From Rhynchopus sp. YZ270_cl-10 (lineage: Eukaryota), in contig OZ037842.1 in the NCBI GenBank assembly GCA_964035575.1, positions 1 to 64,000 on the forward strand: 64,000 bases of DNA. The letters run 5' to 3'. A program made the translations under genes and the position numbers. Within the stretch, counting starts at the first letter, position 1. Each line of letters opens with the position of its first letter. Shown here piece by piece: positions 21,072 to 30,209 of the stretch. The notes beneath the pieces were generated by a model. That model saw only the letters and a program-made list of their open reading frames with translations, did not search any database and was not told the DNA's origin.

Positions 21072-21343
21072 GAAAAAAGGTGAAAAAGGGTGAAAAAAGG
21101 TGAAAAAAGGTGAAAAAAGGTGAAAAGTTTTCAAGCAAAAAAAAAAGTCTTGCCTGTGAAAGTCATAGGGTGCCAATCTCAAGGGCACCCTGTGCACCCT
21201 TTTTTGGGACCAAAAAAGGCACCCTGTGCACCCTTTCTCGGGGGCCAAAAGCACCCTGTGCACCTTTTCAAAATCCAGTTCCGGGGGGTTTCGGGAGAGT
21301 TTCGTGCAGTGGGTTTTCAGGCACCCTGTGCACCTTAGATACC

Positions 21344-22183
21344 TGCAAGGATGCTGTGCAAGGATGCTGTGCAAGGATGCTGTGCAAGGATGCTGTGCAA
21401 GGATGCTGTGCAAGGATGCTGTGCAAGGATGCTGTGCAAGGATGCTGTGCAAGGATGCTGTGCAAGGATGCTGTGCAAGGATGCTGTGCAAGGATGCTGT
21501 GCAAGGATGCTGTGCAAGGATGCTGTGCAAGGATGCTGTGCAAGGATGCTGTGCAAGGATGCTGTGCAAGGATGCTGTGCAAGGATGCTGTGCAAGGATG
21601 CTGTGCAAGGATGCTGTGCAAGGATGCTGTGCAAGGATGCTGTGCAAGGATGCTGTGCAAGGATGCTGTGCAAGGATGCTGTGCAAGGATGCTGTGCAAG
21701 GATGCTGTGCAAGGATGCTGTGCAAGGATGCTGTGCAAGGATGCTGTGCAAGGATGCTGTGCAAGGATGCTGTGCAAGGATGCTGTGCAAGGATGCTGTG
21801 CAAGGATGCTGTGCAAGGATGCTGTGCAAGGATGCTGTGCAAGGATGCTGTGCAAGGATGCTGTGCAAGGATGCTGTGCAAGGATGCTGTGCAAGGATGC
21901 TGTGCAAGGATGCTGTGCAAGGATGCTGTGCAAGGATGCTGTGCAAGGATGCTGTGCAAGGATGCTGTGCAAGGATGCTGTGCAAGGATGCTGTGCAAGG
22001 ATGCTGTGCAAGGATGCTGTGCAAGGATGCTGTGCAAGGATGCTGTGCAAGGATGCTGTGCAAGGATGCTGTGCAAGGATGCTGTGCAAGGATGCTGTGC
22101 AAGGATGCTGTGCAAGGATGCTGTGCAAGGATGCTGTGCAAGGATGCTGTGCAAGGATGCTGTGCAAGGATGCTGTGCAAGGA
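21344..22183. repeat. (TGCAAGGATGCTG)n 13-mer array, about 64 units
   Basis: Perfect 13-bp period. Confidence 0.99.
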
Positions 22184-22987
22184 AGACTGATGCTTGTCCT
22201 GTGACGCTGAAGAGAACAATCACAGACTTGTCCCTCAGCGACGAAAGGAACTCCTGCGTCTGCGGTAGCAGGAGTGCTCTGACGTGCACAGACCGCTGCT
22301 TGTCTCCTTCACAGACGCCTCCAGTGAGTTGAGCCTTCACAGTACAACAACAGCGACGCTGATGTGCTCAGGAGTCACTGAGCGTGGGTCAGACTGGGAG
22401 CGTTGCAATGAAGGAACCTACTCACAGGATGGGAGCTTCAGCTGACTGTCACAGAAGGGCTTATTCCGCTTTGCGGGTTTGCTTTTGGAAGGAGCATCAT
22501 GTTTGACCATGGGGTTCCTATTATGCTGTGAGCAGTGGGCTCGCAAAGTCGCTGAGCACCGTTCTCTTGCTGTTCTTGTTACGCCGTTCTCTTTCTTCGT
22601 AAAGCACGTTCAGTGTCGGCGGCTCACCGTGGTTATTGTCTCTTCACCTCCTCTTCACCGCGCACCTGCTGCACTCTTGTAGGGCCTGTATGTGGGGTAC
22701 GTCTTGTGTCTGGGTGTGTCTCGCTGGTTTAGCTTGGTTCAGTCCTGACAAAAATTTGGTGAAATCTTACATGGTGAGGGTGTGTGTGGGCGTGGTTCAC
22801 ATCTCTTTTGTTACCTACTCCCCCCCGTGCATAAGTCCGATGACCGGTGGTGGGGAGAATTTTTTTTGGCGCGTTTTCCCACTCGCGAAGCGAGCGGGGG
22901 GGAAATATTGGGTGTTTTTCCGCGCGAAGCGAGCGCAATTTGTTTTTTATTGGCGGTGTATTCACCAGGGATCATCTTCTCAGCTTC

Positions 22988-23260
22988 TCATGACAAGCCT
23001 CTGGTGCAGGAAGTCACATCAACCTCTATCGCCTTTGCGACATCATCAGTTCCGTCTGCCCACCAAGTTGTGCCCTTCAACTTGAACCACAGTAAGTAAT
23101 CACAGTACCCAGCCTTAGCACCTTCTGCTTGCACTCCATGCGGACAGTACGACCTGATGGTGGAACGGATCATCCCCACCTCCTCGGTCCCCAAGTTCAG
23201 CACACGCAGACAGTCGGTGGAGTTCATGCTGATCATGGCAAAGCGCCCCCGTCTGTCGCA
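22988..23260 (-). pseudogene. Probable degraded coding fragment of an uncharacterised protein
   Basis: Protein-like stretch TDCLRVLNLGTEEVGMIRSTIRSYCPHGVQAE..WFKLKGTTWWADG with no clear gene context. Confidence 0.35.
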
Positions 23261-24509
23261 GTGCGCTTGTCCGTGAAGTATAATCTGTCTGGAACGACTT
23301 CCCCTCCATCGCCTCAAAGAAATCCGGAGAACCCGTTGCCCCAACACAATGTTGCTGTTGCAACACCCACAAAACAAACTGTGAACCCACCTCGCATCTT
23401 TTTTGGATAGCCTTCACAATGTTGTGTGGAGTGTGTACAAAAATGAGGTACTCCCCGATAAATATGATGCAGAAGCACTGGCCGTATCGCGCTCTGTGCC
23501 GGTCTCATCTCGAAGCTTTCTTTTGGCTTTTGTGTGAATCTGTGCCTGTGTGTGTGTGTTTCATCACAAGTACTGGAAAAAAAATGGCAAGGACCTCACG
23601 CACCTGTGCTGGGAAGCATGCCACAAGTGTCAATGTTTTACAAGGTAAAAAATGACCAAAAAAGCTGATTTTTGGCCGAATGCCACATGATTAAGTCGGC
23701 ACCCCTGTACACCTTAGATACCATAGGAGCGAGCGAGTAGCAAGGAGGTAAGGAACAAAGGGACCTGAAGCAAGGGAGCAACGTTTCTTTTTCTCCTCTG
23801 TTTGAGGTAGGCATAAGAAAAAACTTCAGTGTGAATACACTGAAGGACACGGTGAACAAGCAAGTGTGGCACACGAAGAAAATAAACAGATTCCATAAAA
23901 AGGAGCCAGAATGAAATGAAACCCTCAAAGATATTGCTACAGGCTCAAAACAGCCTTACGCCAGATACCGCGTCTCAAGACCCATCGACTACGCAAAACC
24001 CATCGACGCCGAGCCCCCCGTCCCAAGGCTCCGCGGATGGTGCGGCGCAGGTCTCCCAGGAGACCAAGGACAAGCTGCGGAGAGGGCTGGAGAAGAAGTG
24101 GGATCGCATTAAAAAAAAGGACGTTATAATGACGAGCGCTAAATCCCTGCACGCCATCGGCGAAAAATGGTCAGGGACAATCCCACAACTCCGCAAAATA
24201 GTTGTGGACTTCGAGCTGGGCCTCGCAGTAGCAGAAGCCATGGCCCCCCCGAACTGTGTACACCCTGTACCCCGACCGTTAATGTGGTACCCCGGGACAC
24301 CCTAAAATAGTGTTAAATGTTCATTTTTTTGGTGAAATCCTACCTATGGTGAGGGGGGTGTGGCACACATCTCAAAAGTAAAAACTAAAAAACTAAGGTT
24401 TTTTAGAATTTTAATAGCCGTAAAATTATTTCCTCAAGCCAAAATCCTTCTAGGAGCGGAGTTTTAAGAATGCCATAATTGACGTCTGGAAATAATTGCA
24501 GTGGAGGTA

Positions 24510-24604
24510 TTTTAGCCGGGTTTCCCACACAAAAAATAATTACCGTGTAATTATAGGAAATAATTACACGGTAATTATTTTTTGTGTGGGAAACCCGGCT
24601 AAAA
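24510..24604. repeat. Perfect hairpin with 45-bp arms and a 5-nt loop (AGGAA)
   Basis: 24510-24554 is the exact reverse complement of 24560-24604. Confidence 0.95.
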
Positions 24605-25020
24605 AAAAAATCGCGATTTTTTTTCTTTTTTTCTTTTGTGAACACCCCGGGTTTGATACCTGTACCGCAGGCATTCCTCTGAGTCTAACGATTGATAATC
24701 AGAGCTCGGTTTGTTGTCAAAGACATCTTCCACCATGCATTGAGGAGGGTAAGACAGTGGTCGCAGTTTGTACTTGATAGCATTACAACATTTAACTTCT
24801 CCACGGGGGTCTTGGGCCGTTCACTCGGTTATACCTTGACCAGCGGAAGAGGCCTTTTTGGTCTCTAGAATATCCGGTATTCCCGAACGGAGGCACACTT
24901 TGTGTGTTACTACGACCTGGCAACTTCCAGCAGTAGGTTAAGTAATGCTTTCTTGTAAATTGTTGGATCATTTATCTCCTCAGTGACTGGCGGGTTGGCT
25001 GTGGTTGCCCTGTCACGACT

Positions 25021-25233
25021 TACCTGTGTACCTGTGTACCTGTGTACCTGTGTACCTGTGTACCTGTGTACCTGTGTACCTGTGTACCTGTGTACCTGTG
25101 TACCTGTGTACCTGTGTACCTGTGTACCTGTGTACCTGTGTACCTGTGTACCTGTGTACCTGTGTACCTGTGTACCTGTGTACCTGTGTACCTGTGTACC
25201 TGTGTACCTGTGTACCTGTGTACCTGTGTACCT
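25021..25233. repeat. (TACCTGTG)n octamer array, about 26 units
   Basis: Perfect 8-bp period. Confidence 0.99.
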
Positions 25234-25373
25234 GGGTGACTGGGTACGTACCTGGGTAAATGTGACCAGGTGACCTGGTCAGACCTCTGACCAGCGCACC
25301 GTGACAGCACAGGCTGCCGAAAACGGATTTTGGCTTTCGGAAATAATTTTACGGCAATTAAATATCAAATTCC

Positions 25374-25510
25374 ATGCAATTATTTCACAGAAAATTGCAC
25401 TCGGAGGTGTATTTTTCACTCGTTTTGTTAATTGCACTCGCTGCGCTCGTGCAATTAACCACTCGTGAAAAAAACACCTCCTCGTAGCAATTATGGTGAA
25501 ATAATTGCAT
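25374..25510. mobile_element. 137-bp imperfect palindrome (MITE-like)
   Basis: ATGCAATTATTTCAC ... GTGAAATAATTGCAT, with nested arms around CTCGCTGCGCTC. Confidence 0.7.
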
Positions 25511-25897
25511 AGTAATTAAATACTAAAAATATCGCACGAACGAAAACACACCCAGTAACGCACGCTGTCGCGCACCACGACCATGAAGAAAAATTGGCTG
25601 TCCTGAACGCAAATGGACGCACAGGCTCCGCAGTATTGAAAGATTTTTTTTTCCTTCCATTTTGTAACTAGCTCTTTCCTCTGGTAAAAGGGTGGAAACT
25701 CTTTTACTTATTGTTCGAAGAAAGATTTGCACATTGGGCTTGTCAAAAACAAGGTGAGGAGCAAGAAAAACGAAAAGTGCATGCAAGGCAACGCGGAGCT
25801 ATGTGTTTGACGCTTGAGTGGTGTAAATTTGAATGAATTTTTGCTCTCGGTGTGTGATATTCTCTGCTCTCAAGCTAGGATTTGTCATGAAGGTGAA

Positions 25898-28684
25898 CTA
25901 CGACAACAGGGCACCGTAGTCAGCTTCGGTGTACTCGACAAACAAACCTGTCTTTACCTCACACGGAACAGGCATGGGTGCCTTGCCCTCTTCTTCAAAC
26001 TTCTTGATTCTGTGTATCAGTTCCTTGTCGTAACGAGTGCTGGACTCATTCATGTGACCTAGTGCCTCTGTAAACAACCCTGCGTACAGGCACACAACAG
26101 CTCTGTTGTAGGCTGGAAAAGACATGTCCTCATCCTCAATACCCATCTCGTACATCCACTGGTCACATTCTGTTCCGATCTTCCGAAAGGCTTCTTTCAT
26201 TAAAAAATGCTTTGTGCGAGTGGCCTGTACGCGTGCCACGGCTCGTAAATCGAAATCTACTGCATCGCGGCACACGCCTTCGTCGCACAGGTTTGAACAA
26301 CCCCAATCCGTGCACAATCTGAGCGTAGACCACACAAAAGCCTCCGCTTCACCAATAATACCGAAACGCATGAGACTCGGACACCCAACGTTGCCGCACA
26401 TCGCCTTCCCAGACACTGCTGCAGAGACCACATCCAGCTTGTACTCCTTCTTCAGACCCACAACGCATCGCAGGGCCATATTGCAACTCTGAACAGATGA
26501 CTCGGTCGCATTGTACGAAGAATGGACTTTTTCACCAATCACCTCATCCACCACACCGCGGTACTTCGACACACAGCACTGCACAGCCTCCAGATACGAC
26601 GCCATGGTTGTGCTGACTTCTGAAGCGTCTTTTTCTAACAAAAAACCCTTGAAACTTGTTACAACGAGACAGACATCACGCTGTTTCACTCCAGTGGACA
26701 GATTCACAATCTCTCTCCGTTTCTCGGTTCTTGCTGAGTGCATGGATTTCCCGGAAAAGTACGACGACTTTCCCGAAAACGAATGCTCTGTCTCTTTCAT
26801 GCTATATAAATCCTGATCGCTGTCATCATCGTTGTTTTGTGTTTCCTTCAGAAACAGCGACTGCGGCATGTACGCCTTGTACTGGTTCATGCGGCTCACA
26901 ATCTCGATAAACGAAGCCTGGATAGCGTTTGGCGTCTTCAGCTCTTGAAGGTACGCAACCTGGTCCAGCTGCATCGAAGCAATGGCCTTCGCACACCGTG
27001 CAGCCACAACGTTGTCCGCAAACTGCAGTCTGTACGCTTCATTGCTCTTCCGGTACTTGTACACCAGGAACAGGATGACCAGCACTGCAATGGCACCACC
27101 CACCACAATCAGGGCAATGTGCCATCCTTCCAGCGCATCCTCAACCGTCGTCAGCACAGTGGGTGAAACATAAGGCGACATCCCCATCGTCTCACGGTAC
27201 AGGTCGCGCACCTTCTCCAGACCGTTCCGCTCCGCACGGATCAGCCACAGCTTCCTGATCTCCTCCAGGGACTCGTCCACAGTCAGGTTCCCTTCAAGCG
27301 CCTTTGCAAACACGGTGCCCACGTCCAGTGAGAAAAACGGAGCTTCAGGCAACGTCGAGTCTGGGGCGATGTTCTTCTCACCGATGTTTGTGAACCGCAC
27401 AGTCTCAATGAACTGGTCCGCAATGTCCTTGCCCCACTCCTTCTCCCAACCAGGTGCGTACAAGTGCGATGCACGGAACGGCTCAAACGACGCAGACTGT
27501 CTGTCTGTCACCCATTCAGCAGAATTCTTCGGCTCAATCAGATGCGACATGAAATCAAATGTGGCATCAAAGTGCTGTGAGTGTGTTCCGATCAGCAACG
27601 TGTACCCTCCCCCCAGTGCTGCGTACGGTGCATAGTTGACCAACTTCCCAGATCGTCCCTTCACTGCATACGGGCAGCTCGTTTCCGTGCACTCCGTCAG
27701 GTTCTTATCGATATCGACGTGGGTGGTTCCTGGGAATGGAAAGATCCGTGTCCTGTTCGTACCGACACCTGAGTACGTGTTCTCCAAGTAGAAATCACGC
27801 AGGATCCCACCCTGCCAGTTCATAGAGAACGCACACGTCCCGTTCCCCCACCTGATACGCGGAATGTTCATGCCGGATGTCGAGTCTGCGTGTCTGTTGC
27901 ACTCGTTGCCTGTGGCACGTGTGCCTGCCTGCCACACCGCAAGCGCCATTTCGAATCCCTTCCTGAACCCCTCGTGGTCAATCTGGGCCTCAATGGTCAC
28001 AGGGTCAAACCAGATGCCCTGCTTCGGCCCCTTGGTTTGCATGTAGGTTGCAATGAACTGCATCACATACTCACCGTTCACAAGTGTCGTCAGGATGTCA
28101 TCTGTGGGTCCTCTGCACTCACACCACCCACGGTCAGGAATCCCATCTCCGTTCAGGTCCTGTCCGTCCAGGCGCTTCACCATCTCCAGCAGTTCCTCCA
28201 CAGTCTCTGGCTCACTTCCGACCGGGACCAGGTCTTGCCTCCCAAACATCCCAATCAGGCCACCATCAGACGGCATCCCGTAAGTGCGCTTCCGGTACGC
28301 AGAGTTCTGATCACGGTAGAACGGAAGCAGATCATCCCATGCCAGTTTGTCATCACCACGAATCCTGTCCGTCAGGTCACGGATGTGCCCCGAACGTGCC
28401 AGCTGCGGAAGGTCAACTGCAAGAATCATGTACCCATCCTCACCAAACCCACTCTCCGAAGCTGCTGTGATTCTTTTGATGAGTGAGGCTGAGTCGTCAC
28501 GCACAAGCGTCACGTTGCAACCTGTTTCTTCATAAAAGCGTTGCACGTAAGGTCCAAACGGGCGCATTGCCCACTCCGACATCACAATGCTGACCTGCAC
28601 TCCTTCATACTTCCGTGCTGCCTGCACATGTGTTCCGAGCGACAGGAACACAACAAGAACAGCCACAGATCTGGCTAACGTCAT
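25898..28684 (-). CDS. Receptor-type protein: signal peptide, sugar-binding SBP-like ectodomain, one TM, degenerate class III cyclase domain (copy 1)
   Basis: Start MTLARSVAVL at ATG 28684, after a pyrimidine tract and CAG. SBP-like motifs (DLTDRI..WDDLLPFYR..YGMPSDG), TM WHIALIVVGGAIAVLVILFLVY, and cyclase-like VDEVIGEK and GKAMCGNVG. Confidence 0.9.
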   Translation of the reverse strand: MTLARSVAVLVVFLSLGTHVQAARKYEGVQVSIVMSEWAMRPFGPYVQRFYEETGCNVTLVRDDSASLIKRITAASESGFGEDGYMILAVDLPQLARSGHIRDLTDRIRGDDKLAWDDLLPFYRDQNSAYRKRTYGMPSDGGLIGMFGRQDLVPVGSEPETVEELLEMVKRLDGQDLNGDGIPDRGWCECRGPTDDILTTLVNGEYVMQFIATYMQTKGPKQGIWFDPVTIEAQIDHEGFRKGFEMALAVWQAGTRATGNECNRHADSTSGMNIPRIRWGNGTCAFSMNWQGGILRDFYLENTYSGVGTNRTRIFPFPGTTHVDIDKNLTECTETSCPYAVKGRSGKLVNYAPYAALGGGYTLLIGTHSQHFDATFDFMSHLIEPKNSAEWVTDRQSASFEPFRASHLYAPGWEKEWGKDIADQFIETVRFTNIGEKNIAPDSTLPEAPFFSLDVGTVFAKALEGNLTVDESLEEIRKLWLIRAERNGLEKVRDLYRETMGMSPYVSPTVLTTVEDALEGWHIALIVVGGAIAVLVILFLVYKYRKSNEAYRLQFADNVVAARCAKAIASMQLDQVAYLQELKTPNAIQASFIEIVSRMNQYKAYMPQSLFLKETQNNDDDSDQDLYSMKETEHSFSGKSSYFSGKSMHSARTEKRREIVNLSTGVKQRDVCLVVTSFKGFLLEKDASEVSTTMASYLEAVQCCVSKYRGVVDEVIGEKVHSSYNATESSVQSCNMALRCVVGLKKEYKLDVVSAAVSGKAMCGNVGCPSLMRFGIIGEAEAFVWSTLRLCTDWGCSNLCDEGVCRDAVDFDLRAVARVQATRTKHFLMKEAFRKIGTECDQWMYEMGIEDEDMSFPAYNRAVVCLYAGLFTEALGHMNESSTRYDKELIHRIKKFEEEGKAPMPVPCEVKTGLFVEYTEADYGALLS

Positions 28685-29855
28685 TTTATTTTTGAAAAGT
28701 ACCTGGAAGTGAGTGGTTGTGGAATGAGGGAAAGAAGACACAGACCATACAACAGGAACGTTATTTGTTGTAAATATTAGGGTCGAAGAACCTTGGGCTT
28801 AGGTACATCCATGGATGTCAAAGTACTTGACCCTTTACCTTGTTCGAATTTATTATGGCACTTGAAGTACTTGACCCCCCTTTTTTTCCTCTCAAAATGA
28901 CAGTCAAGGAATCGAAACCAAACCGTTTTTGCCGAGATCGGAACGTGGAGGTGCCGATGGGGGGTGTCTTGCTTGACACATATTTTTTCAAATGTGATTG
29001 AACAATATTAAACCTCCGTGCTGTCTTTGGGAAATAACCTGATCCGCCTTCAGGAAATAAAAAATGTTATTTGGAAGGAAAGACGGGTCGAATGGGCGGG
29101 CTAAGAGGTGGAAGCGCTGGTGCACGGGTGGTGCCGTCACGTAGTGTACGTGTGTCCTGGGAGCCGTGCTTGCACCAAAGAGAAGGCAGAGATTGCTGCG
29201 GAAGCCGTCCTGCAGTGCAGCTGGTTGTGGACATGGACACTGCTACGTCTGCTGTGCTTGCAGAGCTGGTGCGTGCCAGGAAACCACCACTTCTGTGAAG
29301 ACAGAGAAGCTCCACCAAAGAACTACTGGACGAGGTGAAGTGTCACCGTGCGCTGTGTGACGATGCGCTCGATGATGCCGACGTGTTCACTAAAAGCATC
29401 CCTTTTCTCGAGTTGCCTGCAACTATGATGTCGCCTAACGAAATTGTGACCAAACTCGAACAGACGTCCAAGGGAACCCGTTTGCAAACCCGGGTGTGCG
29501 TTTGCGGGTTCGCGGGTTTACGGTGGTGCGTTGATAGCACGGTTGTGTTTAGGGTAAAACGGTACACAGAACCAAGAAAAAAAGTTTGTCCACTCTAATG
29601 CATTGCGGTGTAGCACTTGCCACCCAAAGGAGCGTAATAAAGGACAGAGACACCTTGCGACACATGAATTCAAATTCAAATGCTGCGTGATGTATGTCTG
29701 GCGAGAGTGGAAACCCTCGAAATAATTCCTACTTATTTTCAACGGAAAACAGAAACCATGAGGCAAAATATATGGGACGAACAAATTGAGCCCAACAAAC
29801 GAATGCTGCCTGACAGCCTGAGTATAATAGGCTGAGTATTTAAAAAAAAATGGTA

Positions 29856-29970
29856 GTAGTTGATGCAGGCACCTCCGAATGACTCAACGATGCCAGCCAT
29901 CCGATAAGAGCGCAAGTACCCTGCGCCAACAACAGAAAGTGAAAAGGAAACCTAATGGCTGGCCCGTACG
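29856..29970. repeat. Dispersed ~115-bp repeat family A, copy 1
   Basis: GTAGTTGATGCAGGCACCTCCGA..GATGCCAGCCATCCGATAA is shared with 36846, 56573 and 61922. Confidence 0.88.
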
Positions 29971-30209
29971 TGTGAACGGGGGCACAACCGCTCGTCGGCG
30001 GCACCTTATGCTGAGTTGTGAGCTGGCAAGTACTCCCGTTCGCTGCACCCAACGCTAGCAGTGCACGATTATTGAGAAGAGAGGGGGGCACAGGGACAAT
30101 ATCTCTCTTCGCTTCCCATACTGTACGGCATACTGTACCGACAGTGGGCCTTCTGGAGGGATACATGGACATGTGGCCTGGAACAGCAGACTACGAGGTT
30201 TTCTAGGAT

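Larger units (their letters stand above)
24410..25362. mobile_element. Element bounded by 38-bp inverted repeats (35/38 match)
   Basis: TTTAATAGCCGTAAAATTATTTCCTCAAGCCAAAATCC (24410-24447) versus GGATTTTGGCTTTCGGAAATAATTTTACGGCAATTAAA (25325-25362). Confidence 0.6.

Noticed and set aside
21033..21130. Functional SL RNA gene
   Set aside because: There is no GT donor, intron or Sm site after the exon, and the upstream flank is a short-repeat junction.
21057..22340. ORFs across the 13-mer array
   Set aside because: They are open in all frames because of the repeat.
22240..22460. Cys-rich coding fragment (CNEGTYSQDGSFS*)
   Set aside because: It is too short and interrupted to call.
29067..29600. 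Plus-strand gene between receptor copies
   Set aside because: Only short fragments in shifting frames, with no recognisable family.
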